Below are positions 11,658-24,798 of a stretch of DNA of 64,000 nt, piece by piece. The notes below the pieces were generated by a model that was not told the DNA's origin, searched no databases, and was given only the letters and a program-made list of their open reading frames with translations. This stretch comes from Cirrosporium novae-zelandiae (Eukaryota). Position numbers and translations under genes: made by a program. The stretch is taken from positions 124,001 through 188,000 of the forward strand of contig JAPETS010000012.1 in the NCBI GenBank assembly GCA_026023565.1, in the 5' to 3' direction. Numbering within the stretch: position 1 is the stretch's first letter; each line of letters starts with the position of its first letter.

Positions 11658-13830
11658 ATGAGCCAATTATGTCACGTCTGTCGAGCTCTGCCGTGGCATC
11701 AGCTCGACAGGAATAGAAAATTTCGGTATGCATGGTGGAAAAACGAGAAGCTATGCGTACCACAGAATCAGCATGAGACAAGCGTTCCCCTCAATAAAAA
11801 CGAGATTGTTTCGCTATCAACTAAAGAAAATATAGAAGTAGAGGATGAGTTTTGTTATCACACTACCCTGAATAACATTCGAAACTCATCGCAAAATGGA
11901 TGCCATTTCTGTCGCCTGGCCTGGACATCTTTATTGGACTGCACAACTGATTCCATTCCACCTAATGAGGAGGATGACCTGTTGAGCCGATTTGAAAACA
12001 ATGTTTTTCAAGTACAGCTTCGTCATGATCCTACATCAGGGAAGCTTAGTCTTGATATCAGCGCCGGTGACCTAAAGAGGCAAGCTAACCTCATGTATTC
12101 ATTCGTTTCGAGTGAGTCAGCACGAGATTATTCTAATGTCCTATGTCTCAGTGATATGTCCAGACACACCGGGAGATATTCGAAATGCCTTCTCACCGAA
12201 GCTCACTCTTTCCCCCAAATCCTCACATACCTTTGAAGTTATTCGCTATTGGATTCAAAAGTGTAATAATCTTCATCATGACTGTCCAAAGGAAAATGAC
12301 TTGACCCATCTTCCTACAAGGGTAATTGATGTTGGATCTACAAATTCCAAACAGTCACCATTCTTGTATGTCTCCTGCAGTATAAAAGCGAGGTACATTA
12401 CACTCAGTCACCGCTGGGGTTTGGGCAAGACTTTTCGCACTATAAATGCAAAAGTAGCTGAATACCAGAATGAACTCCCAGTTCATGAAATGTCACAGGT
12501 ATTTCGGGATGCAATCGAGCTCACGAGAGACCTCGGCATCCAATATCTCTGGATTGATTCTATTTGCATCATCCAAGACTCTCCCAAAGATTGGGAAGTA
12601 GAATCTAGTAAGATGGCTAACATTTACGGTAATTCATGGTTTACGATTGCTGCCGCTTTATCAGACAATATTGACACCGGACTGTTTGCACAGCGCGATC
12701 CGCTCGCCATCAAGCCATGCAGAGTCCATCTGAGATCATCCACAGACTCAGACATGGAAATAGTTAGAATATGGAAAGAAACCGAACTCCTAGGAATTAG
12801 CCTTTTGCACCGATATCTCTTATATACCCGTGCCTGGGTCTTCCAAGAACAGGCCTTATCACCAAAAATCCTACATTTCACTCCACATCAAGTGTATTGG
12901 GAATGCTTTTCCGAAAACTACGCAGAGAGCCAACCGCTACGACGTCTAGAGTGGACGGAAGCACCACCAAAACTTTCTAATTCTCAACATCGAGTCCTGC
13001 TTGGTTCTTCTGGCCACTCAAATGACGTCTTCGGGACCTGGCTCTTCTTAGTCGGAACATACACGGCACGCCAGCTGACATACGATACCGACCGACTTCC
13101 CGCATTATCCGGCATTGCGAAAGTGATTCTAGCCCGCATCGAGGCCTCCAGTAACACCGATGAGTACCTTGCCGGACTCTGGAACAGAGACATGATCCGC
13201 GGGCTTGTATGGTATCCAGATAAAGTCCGACTTCTCGGCATAAAGCACACTCGACCACTCACGTATACTGGCCCCTCATGGTCCTGGGTAGCAATCAACG
13301 GTCCAATTTCATTCCCTCTACGAAATAAAGACTCCTGGCGATATTCTTATTCACCTACATCCTGGACCGACTCTCCCGCAGTCGGAGCCCCCTGCTCAAC
13401 ACTACTCTCAGCCAAAACTCTCGCCCGTGGGCTTGACCCAACAGGACAAATTTCTTCAGCCAAACTCACGATCCTCGGACCTGTCTGCCACAACCCATTT
13501 CACCTACTCCCCCATGATCTCTCCGACACCCCCAACCCATCAAATTCCACCTGGACCAGAAAAGACGACCCTACAAACCAACCACTCCAAAACCCCCTAT
13601 TCAACCTCGACATCGATAACCCCATCCCACCCACAACCCCCAAAATAAACACCATCCTCCTCCAGCTCTACCCCAAATTCGCTTTGATCCTCGAACCCCA
13701 CTTTCAGCCCGCCGGAGTCGTAACATACCAACGGATCGGATGGTGCGCCGTAGGAGAGCATTTCACCTCCATGGCAGGAGCCGTAAGCGACTCGGATTTC
13801 ACGCAGATGGAAGTCGTAACGATCATCTAA
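11658..13830 (+). CDS. HET-domain (heterokaryon incompatibility) protein; intron 12112-12163
   Basis: HET signatures LPTRVIDV, YITLSHRWG, FRDAIELTRDLGIQYLWIDSICIIQD, WEVESSKMANIYGNS, LYTRAWVFQE, DRLPALSG, YLAGLW and PSWSW. N-terminal LCHVC..GCHFC exon joins in frame. Confidence 0.93.
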
Positions 13831-14636
13831 CCCAAACCCAAACCCCAAAACCAATCTCTCTACTCTACTCTACTCTACTCAAGACGAAAAAAAAATATAA
13901 ATAAATATTATTTGATTCCCTTCATATATAGTAAAAGTACCAGAGAGCTAAAATGTGTCTACCTGCCATTTTCTAAAAAAGGAATATATATATATACCAT
14001 CATAATCTAGATTTTTTTTTTGTTTAGTAATGGGTGAGAGAGAGGGGTATTCAGAATGAGATTGGATTGGATTGGGTTTGGTTTGGTTTGGTTTGTTGGT
14101 GGGTGGGTAGGTGACTAGATTGGTTAATTAGTTGGTTAAGGTAAGTAAATTAAGTAAATATGACGGACGGCTGATGAGTAGTGATTAGGCGAGCGCGCGC
14201 ATATCCTATATATATAAAAAAAAAACATTAAAAGACCGGCATAATATTCATTCCATTTGCACCTAACCTACTTATATTATAACTAAATATAGACTATACC
14301 AAGCAAGCAAAGATACCTATCATTTCGTAGGACGAAACAAGAAATTCCAGAAGAAGAAAAATAAAAGTCAAAATACCAAGGATCGATTTCTAGATTTATA
14401 TTCGGGTAAAGCAAGTATAAGTAAAAGTAGAGAGAGGGTAAAATTTCAAAAAAATAAAATGCAAATCGATATCCATCATTTATCCAATCCAATCCAAAAT
14501 AATTAACCAAGTGTACCGACATGTCAAATGCAGCCAAGAAGAACTAAACCCCCCCCCCCCCCAATCCCCCTAATTCATGCCTGCCTGCTTGCCAGCCTAC
14601 CTATCCACCCTTCCCCAACCCCACCCCCAAAACCCC

Positions 14637-16290
14637 TCACGCCGCATTTCGAATCGGACTAACCTGCGTCCTCTGCATATCCCTCTCCAAGAACGAAAAC
14701 CGCCTGGTGGTAGGACTGCTCGGCAAGCTACCGGCTCTCCTATCCTCATCGCTCCCAGCTCTAGAATACCGTCTCTCCCTCCTCAACCCGGTGCCGACGA
14801 CTGCGCCGGCGAAGCCCCTCACAACCCTCGCTCTCCTCTCAGAAAGGTACTCGGTGCGTTCCTGGTCGGCAACGATGGCGAGTTCCTGGTCGCCCCAGAG
14901 GACGTAGCCGCTGTGGACGGAGTGGCTGTCCTCGGGGACGAGGAAGCGGGGGAAGAGGTTCAGGAGGTCGAATTTGGGTGGGTGGGGGGGTTGGGCGATG
15001 GTGGTGCCGAACTGATCGAGGGAGCTCCAGGGCCATTCGAGGAAGTTTTCGTCGTCGATACTGACTTCGATCATTTTTTGGCTGGATTGCATGGTTCGCC
15101 AGAGCTGGACGCCGTGGTGGAGGAGGACGGGGAGTTTGGCTCGGAAGGTGTCGGTTGTGGTGCTGCTGGAGGGTAAGAAGAGGTTTAGCCGGTTGAGGAT
15201 CGAGTCGGTAGTTGCTTGCACGGTTCGTTCGATTGCGGCGGTTATTTGGTCCGGGGGGTGCGTGAAGAGGAGGAGGGCGCGCATGTGCGTTTCTTGGCCT
15301 GTGGAGGTGCGCACTTGATGGGAGAGGATTTCGCGCAGGGTTTGGCTGTCGGATTCCGTTTCGGGGATGTAGCAGGGTTTGAAGATGAAGGTGTAGAGGT
15401 GCGTCGAGAGGACGTGGAGGGCTGCGGCTACGCGGATACCTTTGGCATTTGAGGAGTTTGTAGCTGGGAAGCTGAGTGGTATGTTTAGGTCGCTGACACG
15501 TTTTTCCCACTGGAGGTAGTCCTGTCAGGAGGGGGTGATTGGTTAGTATTGCTAGGTGGGTTGGGTGGGGGAGGGGGGTTGAGGAGTGGCTTACTGCGAG
15601 GAGATCCATCGGGAGGTCGACGAAGAAATGGGTGTGGAATAGATTGTAGCATTCGTAGAAGAATCGATCAATCTTCTCTCCCCTGCTTAAATGTTAGCAT
15701 GGTCCGCACAGTATTTGGGGCATTGGTACTCACACGTCTGTTAAATCAATATCTTCGAGTTGGGAGACATAACGTTCCCATTCCTTGAGTTGACCACGAT
15801 AGAGATCTCTTTCTCGTCCTGTCAATCCGGATTCTGTGTTTGCCTTCTCGACCGCGGAACTCATCGACTCAACCTTTTCCTTCAGTGCTGCCAGTTCTTT
15901 CGTCTTCTCCTCCATTTCTCCTTCTTTAGCAGCAGCCATGGAGCTCTTCAACCCATCTTTCTCCGTAATTAGCTCGTTTTTCTCCTTGGCCCATTCAGCA
16001 TAGCGCTCTTCGAACATCTTCATCTGCTCTTTCAGACAGAGTTCCAGGGAAGAGTTCTGCCTGTTGGCCTCTTTCAGTTCCAGTTCGAGGGCATTTTTCT
16101 GGTCCATGGCATCACTGATATCAGAATACTCCGGGGCATGCTGAAAGAGTTCTGCTGTGATAGCTTCAAAATCACACCAGAGCTTTGATGCTCCCCGCTT
16201 TTGGCCGGATTCTGATGCATTGCATGGTGCCAATTCTTTGTTTGTAGCTGCGTCGCCACTGCCGGCATTATCTTCGTTTGTATCCGACAT
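14637..16290 (-). CDS. Hypothetical protein with N-terminal coiled coil; 3 exons (introns near 15690-15735 and 15520-15595)
   Basis: Heptad-rich exon 1 (ELELKEANRQNSSLE..) ends at a GTGAGT donor. Downstream exons (KIDRFFYECYNLFHTHFFVDLP; WEKRVSDLNIPLSFPATNS..) run into the 14637-15314 ORF (LLNLFPRFLV..VHSGYVLW). Confidence 0.65.
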
Positions 16291-17481
16291 AGTTATAAAA
16301 TTTGAAGCTGAAATACAGTCAATATATGGTCCTCAAAAGATACAGAGTAATAGAAGTACTTACCGCAAATAAGCCTTACGGGTCAGCTTAGTCCACAGGT
16401 ATTCAGTGAGGTTCCGAATATTAGTTTGATGAAGACAACTACGCTTGTCGGCGCCATGCAATTCAAAATATATAACCCATTTCCCTTCATCTCACCTGAT
16501 TCCTCGGAGATATTCATTGGCTCCCATCTTTCCCAATTGAAGGCTTACATCCCACACAACAGCCTCACTTTGAGAAGGCGAATATGTAGCGGTACAGAGA
16601 AGAAGTTGTGGATGTCAGATACATTCTACGCCAACACTGTTTCGTGGACGCATAGTTGTCGAGGTGTCAAGCTGTCGCGCGCAAAGCCGATCACTAAGGG
16701 AAAGGATGGAAAGATTGACGATTTGAAAATGTGCCATATCACATTTGCCTTCGTCTTTTGCTTTGACCAGATAAGCATGTGACTATTCTTTTGTCGTCTA
16801 GCGGCATTGAGGGCATTGAAGGTCTGCAAAGAAGCTGATGGTTCTCGAATTGCGGCACTCAACGTTTCCTGGATTGTGGTAGACTAGGCGTAAGGGTGGT
16901 TGCACTGCATCATGCACAAATGTCTATGCTCCCCCACTTGTTCTCGAGGAATCAGCTCTTTCCCCGCATTTATAGGACCCGAACTGGTATTGTGCATATC
17001 TTGCCTGGGATTATCTGATGTTTATTTTCCACAGTACTTTGGTAGAGTCAAGGTAGAAAGGTGGCAGTTCTCCTTCTACGCGTATAACCGAGGACGTTTC
17101 CGAGGTAAAATCCACAAGCCCAGCAACACGTTGTCATGTTAACAATGACCCAGCACCTTTCCCATTCTTACCATGTCGACTAATTACTCCAATATCATTG
17201 AACTATAACTGTACCGCAAGCCTTAATGTTATACATAGTCCAAGGACACTAGAGTAAGAAAGCCCAACCAAGCAGCAATACATGACTTGGAAACCTCCGG
17301 TATAGAGACATGGGGCATTGAAGTATAGGTCCCCTAACGCTTTCTGTATCTGCGTACAGAATCATCTCTTTTGTGCTCCGTTGAATTCCTATTCAATCCT
17401 ATCTCTTCGTACCTAGTCCTAACTCTAAGACCCTCAACGTTTCCTAGACTGCACCTCGACTGGGCTTGGCCTTCTTGCTTT

Positions 17482-19330
17482 TCATTCTCTGGCTTCTATT
17501 GCTATTGGTTCAGTCGACTCTTGAGCATCTTCAATCTCAGTAGCAACCCAACTATGGCTAGGATCAGCTATAACTGCGGTATGATGACACATGAAACAGT
17601 AATCATAGTTATAGTATGTACTACATCTATATCGCCATCCGCATATATCCTGTAGAAACGTAGTTTAGTCATGGTCGCTTACAGTCATAGCGGTTGCGAC
17701 CTACATAAATACAGCCATTGCGCCAATAGCCGCCAGCCTTTGTTCCTTGTAAAGAAGACACTTCATCGTCAGTTGGGATCAATTTGTCAGGTTGCGTGTT
17801 TTCGAAAAAAGGTGTTGGTTCTGATGGAATATCTTGATGGATAGACTCATCCGGTTCCTAGTAGCCTCAGAAGCTTTAACAAAGTAATCCTCCATTCCTG
17901 CACTTTTTAACGGCTGAATGGTTGGAAGATCACCGATTCTATAAATCCAATGCAATGGAGACCAGTGATTCTCGTCAGGGCTGTTCAGATTGTAAGGCTG
18001 CAAAACTCTTTCCAATACAAATATAGGTGCCCCTGAAGCTGCATACTGAACAACAGTGTCGCCCCTTTACCCTTAGAGTGGATATCCAACCTTTGGGTTA
18101 ATAGATACCTAGGTAGTTAAATAACTCAAGCTGATTACCTCCTGCAGAAAAATGCAGCGCATTCCTTCCGAGAGCATCGATATTGCTAGGAGAAGCGTGG
18201 CTCTTCTCAAGGACCATCCGCGGAATTTCAATTTGCCCTTTAAATGATGCTAAATGTAATGTGGCGATATCAAAACCTCTACCCTGCACATAGACGTCAC
18301 CACCAGCATGGAGCAACTAGCTGGCAGCATATTTTTGCCCATATTGCACTGCGCTGTATAGATGAGTCAATACGGATCCAACTACAGCTGACACGTTTAT
18401 TCCATGCTCCAACAGCTGCCCGATAGCTGTTTCATGTCCCTTTTCTACTGCCTTGTATAGAGGCGTTTTTCTTGTTTCATTCATACTTCTGGTCGCTCCA
18501 GCGTAGAGTAATTGCTTGACAATACTCTCATTTCTTTTCTTCACTGCATTGTGCAAGGAATAATCTTCTCGTTCGTTTGAATTTTCTGTGTTCACTCCAG
18601 CTTCTAGCAGTATATTAACGAGATCTTCACCTCAAATTCCGCTGCGTATTGTAATGGTGTATGTCTCTCTTTGTTTGTAACTTATGACTTCACATCGATT
18701 TGAAGCAGCTTTCCGACAATATTCGCATGCCTATTTTTTACTTCATGCCCCTATTTTATCGCACAGGATAGAGGCATTTTTCATTTTCTCTGCAACTTTT
18801 TGCTTCCCCTGAATTCAAAGCAGCGCTCTGATGGTCAGAGCACGCCCTTCTTTCATTATGTCAAGCAGCAACGTGTTTCTGTAGTGGTCTATGGTTTCTG
18901 GATTTGCTCCAGCTTGAAGCAGCAATCCGAATCCAGTTTTCTATCCGTCTCCAGCCACCTAATAGAAAGGTATCGCTCTATACTCATATTTAATATTGAT
19001 ATTCATCTCAACTTGAAGCAGTTGCCTAATATATGTATTCACTCTTTCCCACAATACATCCACAATAAGAAGGATGTATTCTCTATTTTTTTTCGAGCTT
19101 TGGCGAATATCCTGCAATTTTCCTCTTAGTTATCGAACAGGTTGGATAAGTGAATACCAAGGGCTTATCGAAATCGGTTAAAATCTATTTTCGTTTCTGG
19201 CAGGAACTCAATTTTGTTCTATCTAGGGCTGCTAGATAAAGTAGAAATCCATGATCATCGTCTTCGCTTTCAATGTCTGTACTAGTCGCAGCTAAGACAT
19301 CTAGAATCGCTAAAGGGATTTCCGTAAAAT
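17482..19330 (-). pseudogene. Decayed ankyrin-repeat protein with C-terminal ZZ-type zinc finger
   Basis: Broken ankyrin repeats (SLHNAVKK, KTPLYKAVEKGH, ATLHLASFKGQ, GRNALHFSA, WSPLHW) are split by stops and frameshifts. The terminal exon DICGWRYRCSTYYNYDYCFMC..H follows GYWRNGC, a degenerate ZZ finger. Confidence 0.75.
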
Positions 19331-20732
19331 ATTTCGATATAATGGTGATTGATAGCAGTGTAGTTGAAATGTCTTTCCCTGGTATAGATATATGTCTAAT
19401 GGTTTAGCAGATGCTATTCATCTTTTGCTAAAGGCCTTTCCTAACTTCTCCCAAGGGCTCGTAAGTTGCTAGCTAGTTGTAGTATTAGTGTATGGTGGTA
19501 AATAATACCAATACCGAGACCAATGATTCATATCCTTACACTACACATTTACATTTCACATCTTCATGAAGAGAATGTAAGGACGCAGAGATTATAAAGC
19601 ACGGTAAGAATCATATATCAAGAATGGTAAGTGTGATTCGGATGCTAGCCTTTGGAAAAGCAGCAGAGTATTAGGCAGATCATCCTTTATCCTTCTAAGG
19701 AGCTACATGAAAGCTATTGATAAGTCATGTTAACACTTCTCGCCCCTTATATATAGAATAGAATAGAGTAATTGACATTATCTCAGAGGGTAGTTCATGT
19801 AGTTTCTCAGCCTCGTGAGATCAGTTAACCGTGAGCTGAAAGCTGCATTTTTGGCGGAATAGTTCATAGAATAGTTGTTCCGTACTCCACGTTATGTCCA
19901 CTATAACCTGAAGGCGACATGCGGACAATAAAATGAATCATTATCATACTCCATGTAACAAGAGAGACTGATAAAAAATAGGGTAGTACTCTCCACATCT
20001 GTAATACCCGCCAAAGGGATCCACTAGTTGCTCCTTTGAATGGAGGAGAATCACTTATTATCTTTCATACAGTAGTGTCGGCTGTCTGGTATGCAATTGC
20101 ATCGTATATGTTCAAGCTTCGAACTTAGGCCGAACTTCCCTAGCTATCCATCAATGAGGATGTGGAATATGGCTCGATGATGGTGGCCTAAAGTCTGGTA
20201 TTGAAGCTGAAGAATAAGAGATCCCCACCCATTAAGCCTATAAAGTAGAAGGCGTTGTGCTTAAGCGAGAAAGTCCTTGGACCCCTGGCCTGACATCTTA
20301 CCCGCACACGCTTCAGTGCCTGCTGGGATTAGACTTCTACCTTAGAGTTACTATCTATTTTCTCAGCTACACGATGGAAGCAGAAGGCACCAGAGGTCCT
20401 GGAACCGATAAAAAATTCCAATAGGAAGACGTGGTGAGATTGGTCGGTTGGTCGATTAGATTGGTAAGGAGAACTACAATTCAATGGATAGCTAAAAAGA
20501 TGGAATTCTTTCCTTTTAAGCCTGTTAGGGGTTGTCTTTAGAGGTGTAGTGAAGTGGATCAATCCAATACTAAGATAGAGAGTTATTAGGGATGCCATAA
20601 TGCTCGATGTTGGGAATATACATGACATGGTAAACATCCTGTATGAATGGAAGGGCTGACACTTTCGATTTCTGAGCAACATTACCATCTCACTCATAAC
20701 CATATGCACAAGTCATAATACTAGCCAAATAT

Positions 20733-22235
20733 TTAATGCCTCTCCACATCGAGCATATTCAACCAATTCATCACCATCATAGCTTTTACCAGGTTCCCCT
20801 TTAGATCAAGATGCCTAAATTAAATCATTATCAGTCCCATGATATCATATCAGCGCACTTTCGCTTTCAAAAACTCACACTCCATCATAGATATTACTCT
20901 GTACACTCATATTCCAAGTGCCCAAATGATCAACGCCTCTTGGTGCCATTTCAAACCCTACACTCTCCTCGAACAGAACCAGCGCCTTATTACCCTGTGT
21001 CAGCAAAAACTCATCTGGTTTCCTTGGTCCCGCCGCGTTTGGCGTGATGAACAACCTTGGCCAGAAAGCCGCGGGTTTTCTGAGGTATGGTAGCTGCTCG
21101 GTGGCGATGTCGAGGAGGAGGTCAAGCCAATCGAGGGTTGCCTGGAGGTCAAGACCATTCCAGAGGCCATGGCCAAATATAAAGGCATGAGGTTTGCGGG
21201 GCTTAATGGTGCCGAGAAGAGTGCGGAAGCGAGTAAGTTCTTCGGGGGGCATTGGGAAGCGGACCATTTGTTCGACTATTGGAGGTTTAGTTCCGCTGGA
21301 AACATGAGCGTTGGAAAGGGGTTATCTAACGTACTCATCAAATCAATTGAACCCGAGGGACATGTGAGGCTGCCTGGATCATTCTTCATTACATCTGCAG
21401 TCTTAAAGATGCCCTGGACGGAACAGGCTTTCACGTTGAATTGGAAATTGCAGAAGCAGTCTTGCCTTGAAGACACAAGTTAGCTTCGCCTATGAATCCG
21501 GGGGTACCTAGGAGGCCGTCTAGCTTTCAGTTCAACAAATACCTTTCCTTCGGGGTGAAGTTCCAATCCGTCACAGCCCCATAACCCAAATCCTTTCTAA
21601 TCATAACATTCAAGCTACCGATAACATGCCTCATCATACTATCACCAATGACTATCACCTTCTCGAACCTTCCTAGGATGTCGCATATCTCCTCAGTGGT
21701 GAACCAGCGCATATCGCAACCCCGTGGCATAAAGGGTGCATCATAACCAATGCGACCGCCGCCGGACATTGCTTCCAATAACGCCTTTCGATCTTGGCAT
21801 AATGGACTGAAAGGAGTATGCAAATCTAGAGAAGAGATGTTACAAGCGCTTCGGTACTTGTAGTCGCTGAATGCATCAGCCGTATCAGGAACGCGGTAGG
21901 GAATAGGCTCGGGGGGTTGAAAAGCAGCTTTTGGAAGAAAAGTGTTATTGAAAAGTACTTTGCGCTGAAGAAGGTCTGGATGACAGTCCTATAGGTCACA
22001 GATTAGACAAAATACAGGCTACTGAGGTAGGTGGATAGGTAGATATCCAATTTACCGTGAAGCTAAGAGTTTTCAATAGCAATGAGATAAACATTGCTAT
22101 ACCACATATTATCAAGAGAATAAAGTTAACTTTGCGAGGTGGGAAGATCGAAGGTCGTCGTAGTAATCGGAATAATCGAGGACTTTGATTTGATGTCGAG
22201 GGAAGTGAATTCTTTCTTTCGACAAATGGAAGCAT
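20733..22235 (-). CDS. Type II membrane SGNH/PC-esterase-like protein (GDS..DxxH), 5 exons
   Basis: Single N-terminal TM (VNFILLIICGIAMFISLLL); GCDMRWF..VIVIGDSMMRH nucleophile block; FGHGLWN; after splicing, YDGV/HLDLKGNLVKAMMVMNWL supplies DxxH. Confidence 0.75.
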
Positions 22236-22677
22236 TATAACGATCTGAAGAGAATGGGTTTCTAGCTAGGGTCATAAGTATAATAATTGAACCGAAATCT
22301 TTCCGAAGAATATTGGGAGAGTTGTTCAGATAGAGGTTAACTATTCACATATGATTTATCGCATGTGAAATCTTGCTACAAGCAATTTGAAATGGAATAT
22401 AGAAATTTGAGGTATCAAAACTTCTGAGTAAATTTGTAGAATTAATAGCGTAAGTTTGTGGTCCTACATCAGGTAAGACGGTTCTCAAATCGAATATGAA
22501 TTTGGATACTTAACATGCAGTATTGAAACATTTGAATATTCATTTCACGTCATCGCCATCTCCTTAAACATCGGTTACTCCTACACCTGAACACCAATTC
22601 CAGTAAATCAGTAAAATATACTTCCAACACGGCTTTTCTGCTTTGGTGATATATTCTTCAAGTTAAGGAATTAGCCC

Positions 22678-24390
22678 TCATACTGATAGGGTATCATATT
22701 GGTATTCCTTTCGTAGCTTTCGTATTCTTCGACTAGCTTCTGCCAACCTCATCTGCTCGGCTTTCCACCTCTCCTCTTCCTGGTTTTGTTTTGTGTTACT
22801 CGCTTTAAGCCAGGTGGTCCAAGAATTTGCGCGTCCTTGACCCCGCTCTTCTGGAAGCATGATCATCTTTTCAATCATCTTTCCCCAATTCTCCATCCCT
22901 ACTTCCAGGCACTCATTACATTTATCTTTTCCTTCTCTGTTGGTCCTGGGGTCCGAAAAGACGTTCTCGGCCATCCCAACGGCATCACGGGTCCATGCTA
23001 AACCCGAGTCTTTTGATGTTGTTGAGAATAATATTTCTCCGATATATGTCATCAGAGCTGCCTCTTCACATACTGCGTTTGGTGTGCGAATAAGTGGTTG
23101 ATCGCGATCCGCCGGTGGATCAGGGAAGAGGGGAGGGTTAAGTGACGAGCGAATAATAGACATAATGTACGGCATGCTAAAAGGCTGTTCAACAGGACCA
23201 TCCAGTGCTTCTGCTACCACTGGAGCAACAGGCATTGAGCGCCTAGCCCTGAGAACCGATAAAAAAATAGGTAAAGCTTTCGCTACGTCCCCATTTTGCG
23301 CATAATGTATCGCAAGAGACGTACTTGAGAGGACCAGATTCTCCGATATATGTATTGGCTCTGCTTTGTCCTTAATGATTCCTGTATTTAGGTCGACTAC
23401 ATCATTCCCACCCTTGGGCAGAGCGCTAACGGCAATATCAAGTGCCCAATCATACATTTCTTTAGCAGAGTCCGGAAGGCTTTTGAAGTCGAGCCAGTCT
23501 GCATAAGCTATGGCAGCATCAATACGCTGTTGTGAAGAAAAGCCAACGGTGGTCAATATTTTCAAGTAATACTGTTCAGGAGGCTGAGACGCTGGACTGC
23601 AATTATCCTCCAGCGGTGGCGCCTCTGAACCCAGCGAAACCGGATGAGGGAGAGGATTCGACGCGCCAATGACAACCTCCGGTGGAAAGCAGATATTCCG
23701 AGTCTTATCTATGACCCAGCCATCAATATTTTCTGCACACCTAGCCGCACCCATCAAAGCTTCAAAGTAGCCTCTTCTCCATGGTTCACTCTTGTCGCGT
23801 ATATCCAATCCGGTCTTCCCAACACCTTCAACAAAAAGCCCCCCGTCCTCAGTTTCCTGGATGCCTTTTCCGTCAATCTCCGGGTCTTCTAACCGTTGAA
23901 TCACCTTTTTGTAGTTCTCTTGGGCCCCCGGCCAATTGACCAACCCATTATCAAGATATTCAGGCCTCTCCATGACTTTTCCTGTGCGATAATGCCGACG
24001 TGATTCAAAAGACCATTCGGGAGGAGAAGGATTATTGCGCTCGTATTTTTCTTGCCGAAAACCCCAAGTAATGACTGCCATGAGAAACGATGCGATACCA
24101 GCAGTGATAAGTATCCTTGTGTAAAACTGCACCCTATTTTTTATGTATTGCTTTCTTTCAGTAGTGATAAGCCGGGAAAGCTGATATGGGAGTGTGATAC
24201 GGGGTAGAGGAGCGCCATATTCAGAAGGGTTATGCAGGAAAGGCAATTGTGGCCGAGGATTGTGAGATGTGATCAGGAGCAACTTGGATTTTTGAGTGAA
24301 GACTCGAGAGGAAGTATATGGATTATTTGGAGGCCTTAGAGGTCGAATGAGTGAAGGTATTCTCGTAGGTACAGATCGTGGTGGTAACAT
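22678..24390 (-). CDS. Conserved fungal protein: predicted mitochondrial presequence, one TM helix, helical/TPR-like C-terminal domain
   Basis: Intronless 570-aa ORF; Arg/Ser/Pro-rich N-terminus lacking acidic residues; TM ILITAGIASFLMAVITWGF. Function not recognised. Confidence 0.75.
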   Translation of the reverse strand: MLPPRSVPTRIPSLIRPLRPPNNPYTSSRVFTQKSKLLLITSHNPRPQLPFLHNPSEYGAPLPRITLPYQLSRLITTERKQYIKNRVQFYTRILITAGIASFLMAVITWGFRQEKYERNNPSPPEWSFESRRHYRTGKVMERPEYLDNGLVNWPGAQENYKKVIQRLEDPEIDGKGIQETEDGGLFVEGVGKTGLDIRDKSEPWRRGYFEALMGAARCAENIDGWVIDKTRNICFPPEVVIGASNPLPHPVSLGSEAPPLEDNCSPASQPPEQYYLKILTTVGFSSQQRIDAAIAYADWLDFKSLPDSAKEMYDWALDIAVSALPKGGNDVVDLNTGIIKDKAEPIHISENLVLSSTSLAIHYAQNGDVAKALPIFLSVLRARRSMPVAPVVAEALDGPVEQPFSMPYIMSIIRSSLNPPLFPDPPADRDQPLIRTPNAVCEEAALMTYIGEILFSTTSKDSGLAWTRDAVGMAENVFSDPRTNREGKDKCNECLEVGMENWGKMIEKMIMLPEERGQGRANSWTTWLKASNTKQNQEEERWKAEQMRLAEASRRIRKLRKEYQYDTLSV

Positions 24391-24798
24391 TGCGATTAGT
24401 TGTTGAGTGATGGTAGTCTGAAGCTCAATGAATTTAGTGGCTTCTCGGTTCTACAAATGAACGTCATAAAATATGAAATACAACTACCTAGGTATGTAGG
24501 ACAGATGGGCCGGTACCACTAAAAACCTACAATGTATTTGAATAGTTGGCTTAGGGATTAGTATCTTTTTTGAGATGCTATATTTTTGACAGTAACCTAG
24601 ATAGTTTATATTCATTATAATTATTGGGTAACCTTAACACCTAATATTCCCTCAGTTGGAATATCGTCCAGAGCAATCACGAATACCATTACACCCCAGA
24701 TTGCTAGGAGCATATTTCTTAGTCCAGGCTAATAGATACTATTATATATCATAACTTCGTCAAAAAAAATGCAATCATGATAACTTGACTCTGCAACT

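Noticed and set aside
13828..13880. Telomere-like taacccaaacccaaacccc and (ctcta)n after the HET stop codon
   Set aside because: The units are AAACCC rather than TAACCC, and they resemble the simple repeats common in 3' regions throughout this window.
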